Positions 31,142 to 40,970 of a stretch of DNA of 64,000 bases are shown piece after piece (positions within the stretch are counted from its first letter, which is position 1; every line of letters begins with the position of its first letter). The notes under the pieces are model-generated. The model was not told the DNA's origin. It worked only from the letters and a program-made list of their open reading frames with translations, and made no database searches. The position numbers and the translations under genes are program-made. The stretch is from an uncultured Chloroflexia bacterium (GTDB taxonomy: Bacteria; Chloroflexota; Limnocylindria; QHBO01), in assembly GCA_963750025.1 (NCBI GenBank), contig CAVVPF010000022.1:7884-71883 (forward strand). Reading direction: 5' to 3'.

Positions 31142-31668
31142 GTCACCGTTCCCAGTGTCTCATCAACCTTCGGGCACGAGCAGGAAGTTGATGCCGTGGG
31201 AGACCGGGTCGCCCGCGTCGTGGTGCGGCCAGTACGCTTCCCAGTCCCAGGTCCGGCGCCCGACAACGTTGGTGGGACTTAGGGGCCCGTGGCGCTGGCC
31301 TCCGGTAGCGTCGCGTGGTAGCAACAAGGACGGACACCCACGGTCATCGACCATGCCGGATCGGCTACTCTGAGCGTGGCGGAGGCTTCGACGGACGTCC
31401 GCGGACGCTATGGCCGGGACTGCAAAACCGCGCCCTCGGGTGTGGATCTCAGGCGCCTAACAGCCCGGCAGCACGAAGCCAATTGTCGCGTCGGATGATC
31501 CGCACGGGCCATGAGGTCACTGGTGTTGGGGCGAGTCCAGTGTCGCCCACCATTGCTTCTTCGGAGGATTTCGACCACTAGGGCCTTCCGATCCTCAAGG
31601 CGAGGTATTGGGATGCACCCACGCTTACCAACGGCCACCAACTGACCTTCGACCAGGAGGTGGAGTGG

Positions 31669-31911
31669 TCAGTTCCCCAGGAATGCCCCCGGCATCGTCA
31701 TGCACCCGTGGGGATTAGCCTCCATGAACATCGGGACGACCCCATTCCCGGAGATCACTCGCGCCGCAAAGGTCCCTTGGTTGCACGCCGCATCGGGCAG
31801 CATCACGTGATGGGGAGCCTGCGCAAAGGCGACCCCGGCGCTGAGCAGGGCAAGACTCGCACCCAGGGCGAGTGCCGCGAGTGGCCTTCGCATAGTCTGT
31901 CCGTTACGCAT
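31669..31911 (-). CDS. Small secreted protein (Cys-pair domain 'PDAAC...GCMT')
   Basis: Signal peptide 'MRRPLAALALGASLALLSAGVAFA'. It is divergent from the LuxR gene at 32034. Confidence 0.5.
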   Translation of the reverse strand: MRNGQTMRRPLAALALGASLALLSAGVAFAQAPHHVMLPDAACNQGTFAARVISGNGVVPMFMEANPHGCMTMPGAFLGN

Positions 31912-32033
31912 TGGTTCTTCCTCTTATCCCTACACGGCAGGACGCTGCACACGGCCTCCATTGCCTTCACCCGGAGGATCCGCGCTCGTGCGCCTTGTGT
32001 CCATTCGCCGTTCGGCGTATCTTCGCGGGCGTG

Positions 32034-32819
32034 ATGCGGCTGCCACGGACCGATCTCGAGGGGATTCTGAGCTTCCTCGTCGATGTCGGCGACCTCGAGT
32101 TCGACGAGCCGTACCCCGTCGAGGTCGTCGCCCGCCTCCAGGACCTTGTCCCCTGCGATGCGCTTACGTACCAGGAGGCCGATCTTCACGCGAAGCGCTT
32201 TCTCGCGTTGGTTGGGATCGGCCCGGACGACGAGGCCGACGAGGCCGACGAGGCCGACGACGAGGAGCTGTACTGGAGAGTCGGGCCGTGCCCGATCTCC
32301 GACTACCGCGCCCGGACGGGCGACCTGTCCGCGGTCAGGATGTCTGACGTGATTGGCCAGCGGCGATACCACGAGCTGCCCATCTTTCGGGAGTACTTCC
32401 ACCCGGCAGGGCTTGACCACATGATCGACGTCGGCCTGCCCGCCGCTCCGCGGCGGCATCGCTCGTTCATCCTGTTCCGCCGAACGGGGGCGGGCGACTT
32501 CTCCGAGCGCGACCGCGCCGTCCTCGAGATGCTCCGACCGCACCTCGGCGGCCTCGAGGCGCGCGCCGCACTGCGATGGCGGCTGTCGGAGGCGCTAGGC
32601 ACGCAACACGGCGACGGCAAGTCCAGCGCCTACACCCAGCTGACTCCGCGGGAGCGCGAGATCGTCGTGCTGGTAGCCGAGGGCAAGACGAATGCGCAGA
32701 TCGCTGCGCAGCTCTGGGTCGCACCGAGCACCGTGAAGAAGCACCTGGAGCACGTGTACGAGAAGCTTGGCGTCGGCAGGCGGACGGCAGCCGCCACGCT
32801 TGTGCATGCCATCCACTAG
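32034..32819 (+). CDS. LuxR-family transcriptional regulator
   Basis: C-terminal 'LTPREREIVVLVAEGKTNAQIAAQLWVAPSTVKKHLEHVYEKLGV', with an N-terminal sensor-like domain containing a (DEA)3 repeat. Confidence 0.8.
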   Translation: MRLPRTDLEGILSFLVDVGDLEFDEPYPVEVVARLQDLVPCDALTYQEADLHAKRFLALVGIGPDDEADEADEADDEELYWRVGPCPISDYRARTGDLSAVRMSDVIGQRRYHELPIFREYFHPAGLDHMIDVGLPAAPRRHRSFILFRRTGAGDFSERDRAVLEMLRPHLGGLEARAALRWRLSEALGTQHGDGKSSAYTQLTPREREIVVLVAEGKTNAQIAAQLWVAPSTVKKHLEHVYEKLGVGRRTAAATLVHAIH

Positions 32820-33353
32820 CTGGACTGATTCCATACCTGCCAGACGCCTGATCGCGTCCGGGCCTGTCTGACATCAGCCTTGCCCGCAGAAAGTGGGAGG
32901 GGGGTCAGACCTCCTGGTTCCCGCTTCGTGTGCCCCCCCGGTCATGTCCCGCCCAGGTCGATGGCGACCTTGGGCCAGGTGTCACCTGTGGGTTGTGAAT
33001 CGGTCCGGCGGAGGCGGCCAGCGAGCGTGCCCGCCAAGAGTAGGGGGGAGTCGTGGAGCGGCGAATGGGTGGCACCGTACAAGCGAAACGTCATCGCGTA
33101 AGGGGCGTGTCGGTCTGTCAAGGTTTCCGTCCGGGGATGTTGACTTTCTAACCGAGTCGCCGGCGCATGAAGGCAAGCCACTTAGAGCCTGTGTATGAAA
33201 TTCGCCCGCAGGCTTGCCGTGTCCAGACGCATGCGCGACGATCGGCCCTGTGTCTGACCCATGGGCCTCCGCGTCCCGATCAGAACGGTCCCATCATTGA
33301 CCTGCGGCGTATTCGGCGAATGGTGGCAGGCGAGGTAACCCAAAGGCACGAGA

Positions 33354-33957
33354 ATGGAGGCACCCATGGGTCAGATCCGGCCGGCGGTTCGCGCCGCGAT
33401 GTCGTCGCTCGAGGCGCGCGACACGGTAGACCGCAGCGACGGCACGCCCCGTGCCCAGCGACTGCGCGCCATCCGGCCTGAGGTCGGCGCCTTCCTGCTG
33501 ACTCTGGCCCTCGCGAGCCGCTCAAGAACCATGGTCGAGATCGGCACCAGCGCCGGTTACTCAACCCTGTGGCTGGCTGCAGCGGCCGAGCACACCGACG
33601 GTCGGGTCATCACCTTCGAGATCGACCCCGCTAAGGTCGAGCTGGCGCGCGCCACGTTCGCCGCCGCGGAGGTCGACGATCGGGTCGAGTTGCGCGCGAC
33701 CGATGGCGGGGTCGGGCTGGTCTCCCTCGCCGGCATAGCCGACCTCGTCTTCCTTGACGCCGAGAAGGAGGACTACCTGCGCCTTCTTCGAGCCGGCCAT
33801 CGAGGCGCTGCGCCCGAGCGGCCTGCTCGTCGCCGACAACCTCATCTCGCACGAGGCCGACCTCGCCGCATTCCGCGAGCGCGCCCTGGCCGATCCACGC
33901 CTGCACGGCCTGGTGGTGCCGATCGGGCGTGGCGAGCTGGTCGCCGTCCGCGTCTGA
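33354..33957 (+). pseudogene. Class I SAM-dependent O-methyltransferase, frameshifted
   Basis: 'VEIGTSAGYSTLWLA...VFLDAEKEDYL' continues in another frame as 'FFEPAIEALRPSGLLVADNLI...'. A 1-nt insertion lies near 33776-33782. Confidence 0.7.
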
Positions 33958-34530
33958 CCTGCACCCAGGGTCGAGCTTGTGCCCCGCCACTCACCGATCA
34001 GACAGACTGGGAGGCTGTCTTCACGCGCCACCGCGACACGTTCTATGGCACGAAACGGTCTATCTCGAACGGGAGTTTTCATTCACAGGGCCTCAGTACG
34101 CCGGTGGACATGAACTTGCCATCAGGTCATTGCGGCGGCCGTGAGTCCAGTGTCGCCCACCAACCACCCCTTTCACGCTCAAATTGACGGCTTGACTGCT
34201 CCGCGGTGCCCACGACGACCCGCACGTGTGCAGTGCGCAACCAGTCGGCGACGCGTGTCGTCGCCGACGACCACGCCGAGCCGGCGGTCTGTGGTCAGGA
34301 AGACCTCGTCGCATGGCCGGACGGTGGCAGAGCCGGCGACGCCGGCTCCTGCGGGATCTCCCCGAGACGGCGGTAGTGGAAATCCCTGATTGACGGCCGG
34401 CGCGGCGGCAGCCAGCATCGGTCCAGGAGGTGAAACCGATGCAGATCCTGCGTGCCAGCCTGGTGCGGCTCCCGTTCGTGGCCCTGGCGGCGCCGGCGGC
34501 GGCGCCGTCGCTGCTCACCGGTCCCGTGCA

Positions 34531-35406
34531 GTGAGCGGCGAGCAGCAGGTCCTCGAGACGCACGCCCTGGCCAAGCGCTATGGGCGCCGGACCTGGGCAC
34601 TGACCGGGATCGACCTGACCATCCCGCGCGGCGGGATCACGGCGCTGGTGGGTCCCAACGCTGCCGGCAAATCGACCCTGATCAAGACCTGGGTCGGCTT
34701 CGAGCGGCCGACCCGCGGCGGGGTAACGGTGGCCGGCATCGACCCCTGGCGCGATCGCTCAGGCGCGCTGGCGCACCTGGGTTACGTGCCGCAGTCGCCG
34801 TCCCTCTACGACGCCCTCAGCGTGGACGATCACCTCGATCTGGCGGTGCAGTTGCGTCCCGCCTTCGACCGAACCTACGCCGCACGGCGGCTGGACGAGC
34901 TCGGCATTCCGCGGGAGCAGGGTGCGAGGTCGCTGTCCGGCGGGCAGCAGGCCCAGGTGGCGCTGGCCCTGGCCCTGGGCACGCGCGCGGAGATCCTGCT
35001 CCTTGACGAGCCGCTGGCCAGCCTGGACCCCTTGGCCCGCCGCGAGTTCCTGCACGTCCTGACCGATGCGGTCCGGGCCGACGGCGGCACGGCGCTGCTC
35101 TCCAGCCACATCGTCACCGACGTGGAGCAGGCCTGCGATCGTCTGATCGTGCTCGGCGTCGGACGGGTGCTGCTGCACGACACGGTAGCGAAGGCCCTGG
35201 CCTCGCATTGGATCGCGACCGACGGCGCGGCGACGCCCGGCGGCAAGCCGATCGCCACCTTCGCCGGCCCGGTCGGGGAGCGCCTGACGCTGGTTCGCCA
35301 GGCACAACCCGCCATGGCGGCGGAGCTGCGTCAGGCCTCACTGGAGGAGGTGGTGCTCGGCTACCTGGCCTCCAGCCGCGCGATGCCCGGCGAAGCGGCG
35401 GCGTGA
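34531..35406 (+). CDS. ABC transporter ATP-binding protein
   Basis: Walker A 'GPNAAGKST', signature 'LSGGQQ' and Walker B 'LLLDEP'. GTG start at 34531. Confidence 0.9.
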   Translation: MSGEQQVLETHALAKRYGRRTWALTGIDLTIPRGGITALVGPNAAGKSTLIKTWVGFERPTRGGVTVAGIDPWRDRSGALAHLGYVPQSPSLYDALSVDDHLDLAVQLRPAFDRTYAARRLDELGIPREQGARSLSGGQQAQVALALALGTRAEILLLDEPLASLDPLARREFLHVLTDAVRADGGTALLSSHIVTDVEQACDRLIVLGVGRVLLHDTVAKALASHWIATDGAATPGGKPIATFAGPVGERLTLVRQAQPAMAAELRQASLEEVVLGYLASSRAMPGEAAA

Positions 35407-36386
35407 ACCGGCTCGGCTCCTGGCCGGCGCTCTCGTTCCGGCTCCATCGCTGGGAGGTGCTCGCCTCGGCGGCCGGTGTGGCCGTGCTCGCCGCGGCGAT
35501 GCTGTGGTTCAGCTGGCAGCTTCGCACGCTGGCTGCTGGCGAGCCTGGCCGCCCCGACCCAGCGGCCTATGTGGCGGGCTGCGAGCAGCTCGCCCAGCGC
35601 TTCGGCGACATGAGCGGGTGGGGAACCCAGCTGCTCTACCTGAGTTGGGGCGCCCCGTTTGGGATGGGGCTGGTGCTGGGCGTCCCGCTGGTGGCCCGCG
35701 AGCTGGAGCATCGAACCGCGAGTCTCGCCTGGACGCTGAGCCGATCGCGCGCCTGGTGGCTGGCGGGTCGCGTCGCCTTCCTGGCTTTGGTCCTCATCGG
35801 CTGGCTGGTGGTGCTGGCCATTGCCAGCGAGGTCCTCGCGTCGGCCGTGCTGCCGACCCTGCACCTCGACCGCGACTTCACCTGGTATGGGCGGCGCGGC
35901 GGGTTGATCGTGCTACGCGGCCTGGCGGCGCTGGGGATCGGGGTGACCATTGGCGCCATGCTCGGCCGGTTGCTGCCGGCCATGCTGGCGGCGGCCTTCG
36001 CATCGGTCCTGCTCTTCACCGCGGTCAGCCTTGGCATGGACCGATAGATGGAGACCGATGCCATCGCCCAGCCCTACGGCCTGGATCGCGCTGGCGGCCG
36101 CTTTATCGGCCAGCGGACCGAGCTGCCGAGCGGCGAGCTGGTCACCTCGGCTGAGCTGCAGCGGCGTGGCCTCTTCTACGAGGCGATCGACCCCGACGGC
36201 GGGCTATACGCCAGCGTAGAGGATGTCGGCCAGCCGGAGAAGATCATCGGCTGGGACCGCGAGCTGATCGTCCCCGGGCGGCTCTACCCGCAGATCGTCG
36301 TGCGCGAGTCAGCGGTGGTCGGTGGCGTGGCGCTGCTGCTGGTGCTGGGGGCGGCCGGCGTCGTCGTCCGCCGGAGGCCGGGATGA
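35403..36386 (+). pseudogene. ABC-2-type permease paralog 1, split by an in-frame TAG at 36045-36047
   Basis: It has the same architecture as paralogs 2 and 3 ('VARELEHRTASLAWTLSRSR'; C-terminal 'VVRESAVV...RRRPG'). The TAG is immediately followed by ATG at 36048, so two polypeptides of 214 and 112 aa are also possible. Confidence 0.7.
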
Positions 36387-37339
36387 TGCTGCGCGCCTTC
36401 AGGCTGGCTTTCGCGATGCAGCGTTTCGAGCTGCGCCTGCTGCTGGGCGCCGCCGCCCTGCTGGTGGTGGCCGCCCTGCTGATCGCCGGGCAGACCCGCG
36501 CGGTGCGGACCGAGCAGCTGGCCTGCTACCGCGATGCCGCGCCGCCGGTCGAGGGCTCGGTCGGTTCGCCGTGTCCCCAGTTCGATCCGACGCTGAACCT
36601 GCTCGCCACTGCGGCCACCTTCGCCACGGTAGGCGCCATGGCCACGCCGTTCGTGCTCGGACTGTTTCTTGGGGTTCCGATCGTCGCCCGCGAGATCGAG
36701 GGGCGGACGGCGCCGATCGCCTGGACGCTGAGCCGCTCCCGAAGGCGCTGGCTTCTCCACCGGGCGGCGCCGGTGGTCGCGGTCGTGGTGCTGGCCGCGC
36801 TGCTCGTGGGCATCGCCGGCGAGGTGCTGACGCGCGCCGCGCCGTGGAACGAGGGGGTGGACCCGGGCTTCAACGACTACGGCGCGCGCGGGGGGCTGGT
36901 AGCGGTGCGCGCCCTGGCGGTCCTGTCGCTGGGGCTCGCCATCGGCGCCCTCGTCCCGCGCCAGCTGCCGGCGCTGCTGCTCGCGGCGGCGGTGACGCTG
37001 GCGCTGTTCGTGGGCGTGGAGTTGGTCAGGGACGATCTGATGCGACGGGAGGCGGTGCCGCTGACGTCGCAAGAGCAGCAGCAGGGAGCCTCGCAGAAGA
37101 TCTACGACTCGGCGCTCCGCGACGACGCCACCGGCGAGCTGATCTCGTACGACGACTACTATCGCGACCACCCCGGAGCGATGCAGGGCGAGTTGCCGCC
37201 CGGCGTGACCCCGGTGGTGTACACGGTTCCCGGCGCCCGTTACGGCGACTTCGTGCTGCGTGAGTCGGCGATCCTCGGTGCCGTCGCGGCGCTGGCGCTT
37301 GCCGTCACGACCGGAGTCGTCAGCCGTCGGCGTCCGTAG
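36383..37339 (+). CDS. ABC-2-type permease paralog 2
   Basis: Contains 'VAREIEGRTAPIAWTLSRSRRRW' and a C-terminal extracytoplasmic segment with a final TM 'VLRESAILGAVAALALAV...RRRP'. ATGA overlap with paralog 1. Confidence 0.75.
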   Translation: MMLRAFRLAFAMQRFELRLLLGAAALLVVAALLIAGQTRAVRTEQLACYRDAAPPVEGSVGSPCPQFDPTLNLLATAATFATVGAMATPFVLGLFLGVPIVAREIEGRTAPIAWTLSRSRRRWLLHRAAPVVAVVVLAALLVGIAGEVLTRAAPWNEGVDPGFNDYGARGGLVAVRALAVLSLGLAIGALVPRQLPALLLAAAVTLALFVGVELVRDDLMRREAVPLTSQEQQQGASQKIYDSALRDDATGELISYDDYYRDHPGAMQGELPPGVTPVVYTVPGARYGDFVLRESAILGAVAALALAVTTGVVSRRRP

Positions 37340-37345
37340 GCCGTC

Positions 37346-38290
37346 ATGCGCAGCGCATTCGTCCTTGCCTGGCGCATGCACCGATGGGAGCTCGGGGCGG
37401 TCGCTGTCGCGGCGGTCGTGCTCAGCGCGATCGCGCTGTCCATAGCCGCAGACCTTGACCGGCTGGCGGCGGCGTGTCGGGCCGCGACGGAGCTCTTTCC
37501 GCCCTGCGGCAGCCTACGGGACGCAGGCCTCGTGTATCACACCGAGAGCCAGATGATGATGTACCTGGTGCGGGACGGGATGGGCGTGCTGCCGTTCGCC
37601 GCCGGCGTGGTCCTGGGCGCACCGCTCATCGCCCGCGAGCTGGAGCACGGCACCGCCCTGCTGAGCTGGCCGCTGGCACGCTCCCGCGCCCGCTGGCTGT
37701 GGATCCGCTTCCTGCCGCTCGTCCTCCTGGGCCTGGGGCTGATGGCCATTCCGGCCATGGCCGGCGAGGTCCTCGAGCGAGCGCTCCATCCCGTGATCGA
37801 CGCAGGCGCCAGCTTCGAGGCGTACGGCATGCGCGGGCCGCTGCTGGCGCTCCGATTCCTGCCCGCGGTCGCAGCGGCAGCACTGGTCGGCGCGCTGCTC
37901 GGCCGGCAGCTGCCGGCGGTGCTCGTGGCAAGCGTGGTCGCCGCTGCCATGGCTTTCGGCCTCGGGCTGACCCCGCCGCTGTGGCTACAGCCCGAAGAAC
38001 AGCCGGAGGTCTTCCAGCCGATCGAGAGCCTGGGCAGCCTGTACGTCACGGTTCGGTACCGCGACCGCGACGGGTTCTGGATCAGCGACGAAGAGGCGTA
38101 CGCGCGGATGAGCTGGAATGGCGAAGGCGAGGAGCCGGACCCGACGCAGATGCCGCAGGAGGTGATCTTCGTGATCCCCCGCGAGCGTTACCCCGAGGTC
38201 GTGCTCCGCGAGTCGGCCGCTCTGGTTGGAGCCGGGCTGGCCCTGAGCGGCCTGCTGCTCCTCACGGTCCGGCGGCGGCGGCCGGGCTGA
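37346..38290 (+). CDS. ABC-2-type permease paralog 3
   Basis: Contains 'IARELEHGTALLSWPLARSRARW' and the C-terminal 'VLRESAALVGAGLALSGLLLL...RRRRPG'. Confidence 0.75.
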   Translation: MRSAFVLAWRMHRWELGAVAVAAVVLSAIALSIAADLDRLAAACRAATELFPPCGSLRDAGLVYHTESQMMMYLVRDGMGVLPFAAGVVLGAPLIARELEHGTALLSWPLARSRARWLWIRFLPLVLLGLGLMAIPAMAGEVLERALHPVIDAGASFEAYGMRGPLLALRFLPAVAAAALVGALLGRQLPAVLVASVVAAAMAFGLGLTPPLWLQPEEQPEVFQPIESLGSLYVTVRYRDRDGFWISDEEAYARMSWNGEGEEPDPTQMPQEVIFVIPRERYPEVVLRESAALVGAGLALSGLLLLTVRRRRPG

Positions 38291-38737
38291 GCGTGCATCC
38301 GCCTGCCATCACTGTCCGGGAGTAGACTCAGTTCACCGTGAAGCGCAGGCGCAGCCGTGAGCATGACGAAGCCGAAGCCAGAGAGCAGGCTGGGGCTCGG
38401 CGTGATGCCCTCATAGCGGAGCTGAAGGCTCGACAGGGTTTGGGGCTGCAACTGGAGCCGCCAGGCCCGGCTGACACGGCAGCGCCGCTATCGAACCCCC
38501 CCGAGACGAGTGTCGCGGAGCCTGAGCCGAGCTGACCCCAAGGCTCGGTCACGACCCAGTTCGTCGCCGCGATCGGCTCTTGGAAGGACATGTCCACCGT
38601 CCGCAGGCCGCCTCTCCACCCGGGAGGTGACCTGTGGAAACGAATGTGGATAAGTTGGTGGACAGATCCCCTTCGCATGGTGGCTCGAGGCTCGTACCAT
38701 TCGGCGCCGACGCCTATCCTTTGGTGCGCCGAGCCGA

Positions 38738-39109
38738 TTGAATCGGTCGACCAACAGCCAGCCCATCCAGTCATCGGAGGCAGCATCACCCATGCAGAGG
38801 CGGCCGACGGCGTCCTCCGCGCGACCGGGCCAACCGGATGCACTGGGCGAAGCGCCGCCCGCCGATGTCGCCGATTTCATCCGCTTCTGCCACCACCGTC
38901 GCCCGGTCGGCTGGCCAGAGCTGTACGACGAGATGTGCGCCGTGGCCGCTCGCCGCGAGTTCAACGGCTGGGATCACGACCAGTTTGCGGCCCGCGGCCT
39001 GACCTTCAGCCTCTTCGAGATGCCGCGCCTGGCTGGCTGGGTGCGATCGGTGCTGGCGACCTCGCGCGAGGTGCCTGACGCGGGGAGCATCGGGCAGACC
39101 ATCGCCTGA
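38738..39109 (+). CDS. Hypothetical protein
   Basis: ORF with 'DFIRFCHHRRPVGWPELYDEMCAVAARREFNGW'. The start is uncertain and may be the internal Met at 38792. Confidence 0.45.
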   Translation: MNRSTNSQPIQSSEAASPMQRRPTASSARPGQPDALGEAPPADVADFIRFCHHRRPVGWPELYDEMCAVAARREFNGWDHDQFAARGLTFSLFEMPRLAGWVRSVLATSREVPDAGSIGQTIA

Positions 39110-39217
39110 GCGTCTGGTGGTGGCGGTGTAGCTCCGCCCCGCGATGGGGTGACGCGACAGGCCTCCCCCGCACATCAGAACGGGCGAGTTCGTCGTGTTG
39201 CGCGGAGCCCACTCGAG

Positions 39218-39258
39218 TTATCCACACGCGGCCCTTGCGTGGGGTCGGGCTATCCACA
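39218..39258 (+). promoter_or_regulatory. Two DnaA-box-like 9-mers, 32 nt apart, in the same orientation
   Basis: TTATCCACA at 39218-39226 is a perfect E. coli-type consensus. cTATCCACA at 39250-39258 matches 8 of 9. They lie in a convergent intergenic region. Confidence 0.4.
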
Positions 39259-39291
39259 ATTCGGCCCGATTTCGTTGCTCCGCGGCAACGC

Positions 39292-39591
39292 TCAGTAAGT
39301 GTGGCGGCGCGCCATCTCCCGTTCGATCATGCGCTCCATGACCATGTACTGCTCGATCCGGCGGCGCAGCTCGTTCGCCTCGGGGATGTAGAGGTGGACG
39401 TACTGCTGTAGCTCCAGGCTGAGCTTCCGGCTGAACATCCGCGCATGGTCGAGGTTGCGCCGCAGGAGGACCTGGTCCATCCGGCGGAGGTGCTCCTCGT
39501 TGAGGAGGTCCTCGTCCCGCAGCAGCTGGAGATCGGTGTCGATCTGCCTCGGCTGCAGGGTGACGGGGGCGATGATGCGGTCATCGGTCAT
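39292..39591 (-). CDS. Hypothetical protein
   Basis: 99-aa helical, charged ORF, divergent from tRNA-Arg. Confidence 0.5.
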   Translation of the reverse strand: MTDDRIIAPVTLQPRQIDTDLQLLRDEDLLNEEHLRRMDQVLLRRNLDHARMFSRKLSLELQQYVHLYIPEANELRRRIEQYMVMERMIEREMARRHTY

Positions 39592-39641
39592 CTTGCGGCG
39601 CAGTCTAGCCGACCGTCAGCGGCTTATCCTTGGGGTGGCGC

Positions 39642-39718
39642 GTCCCCGTAGCTCAGTGGACCAGAGCGGCTGCCTTCTAAGCAGCGGGTCGCAGGTTCGA
39701 ATCCTGCCGGGGACGCCA
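39642..39718 (+). tRNA. tRNA-Arg (anticodon TCT), CCA encoded
   Basis: Manual cloverleaf: acceptor GTCCCCG/CGGGGAC, D arm GCTC-AGTGGACCA-GAGC, anticodon arm GCTGC-CTTCTAA-GCAGC, variable GGGTC, T arm GCAGG-TTCGAAT-CCTGC, discriminator G, then CCA. Confidence 0.95.
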
Positions 39719-39728
39719 TAGCAACCGA

Positions 39729-39962
39729 GACGGTCTCGGGCAGCGCGACAAGGAGATGATCGCCACGCGCGTCTCGTACGCCAACGCCTGCCGCTACTGC
39801 TCTGCGGCCCACGCCGGCCGGGCGATGCTGCTGGGCGTGCCGGAGGCGATCATGGAGGCCCTCCAGGTGGTGGCCATGTTCAGCGCCTTCAACCGGATGG
39901 CCGATGCATTCGGCGTCGAGTTCGCCGTGCCTGCGCCGGTGGCTGAGGCCGCCCGCGCCTAG
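39729..39962 (+). pseudogene. 5'-truncated carboxymuconolactone decarboxylase/AhpD-family gene
   Basis: 'LGQRDKEMIATRVSYANACRYCSAAHAGRAMLLGVPEAIMEAL' corresponds to the central-to-C-terminal CMD core (CxxC..H). The reading frame runs straight into the tRNA 3' end, so the N-terminal part is missing. Confidence 0.5.
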
Positions 39963-40970
39963 GTGAACAGGCGTCGCCCGGCCTCCTGGAGCGCCGGCAC
40001 GCCGCGGATGTCGGAATCGAGGAGCGGTACCACCGCGCGCACGTCGCCGTCGAAGGTTTCGCCGATCTCGCGCAGGTAGCCCTTCTGCATCGCAATTCGG
40101 TTGCGGACGAACTCGCCGCCCTCGCCGGTGCCCTTCGTCTGCGTGGCATCGATCACCATGTTGACGATCACGCCGCCGACCGGGATCCCGAAGTCGGTGA
40201 ACCAGCCGATGAAGCGGCGGATCACCGCGATGGGCAGCGCCTCGGGCAGCGTCACGAAGAAGAATGCCGTCTTGGCCGGGTCGGTCAGCAGCTCCCGGGC
40301 ATGCTCGATCCGCCCGCGGAAATCGACGAGGTAGGTCATCAGCGGGTCTTCCTCCTTCTTCTTCGTGAAGGAGAGGGCCTCGCGCAGGGTCTGCGCCTCC
40401 TCGCGCGACTTCAGCATCTTGCTGACCCACAGGCCGTAGACCTTGCTACATGCCCAGCAGGCGGCGGGCGTTGGCGGTGGGCGCCGTGTCGAAGACGTAG
40501 ACGTCGTACTCGCCGCGGAACATGAGGTCGACCATGTTCTCGAACATCGCCGATTCCTCGAACGCCGGGTTGGTCGTGGCCGCCTCGACAAACTCATCGG
40601 CCTTGGTTTTGATCTCGGCGAACTTGAGGAACCACTGGCAATCTTCTCGCGGATTTCCCGCTTGGAGCGTTCGATCGCCTCGCTGGTGTCGATCTCCAGC
40701 GCCCAGAGGTTCTCGACGCCGTTCACCGGGGTCTGCTTGCCGAAGACGTCCTGATCCAGCAGGCCGGAGAGCGAGTGGACTGGATTGGTGGAGGCCAGCA
40801 GCACGCGCTTGCCCCTGGCGCGCCAGCTCGACCGCCGTCATGCCGGCCATGGCCGTCTTGCCGACCCCGCCCTTGCCACCGAAGAAGACATAGCGCAGGC
40901 CTGGGTGGGCGGTCATGAAGTCGGCCATCGAAGTGCTGACCAGGCGGGTCGGATCGGTCGCGACGCTCAT
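39959..40970 (-). pseudogene. ArsA/Get3-like ATPase, copy 2, three frameshifts
   Basis: P-loop 'FFGGKGGVGKTA'. The segments 'RVLLASTNPVHSLSGLL', 'QWFLKF...FDTAPTANARRLLGM' and 'SKVYGLWV...AFFFVTLPEALPI...' lie in different frames. The joins are near 40815, 40640 and 40448. Confidence 0.8.

Noticed and set aside
36045-36047. The in-frame TAG in permease paralog 1 considered as a pyrrolysine or programmed read-through codon.
   Set aside because: There are no pyl genes or other in-frame TAGs in the window. A simple nonsense mutation or gene fission (ATG immediately follows) is more economical.
39218-39258. The DnaA boxes considered as the chromosomal origin (oriC).
   Set aside because: There are only two boxes, no AT-rich unwinding element, and no dnaA, dnaN or rpmH nearby. 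It is kept as a lower-level regulatory curiosity instead.
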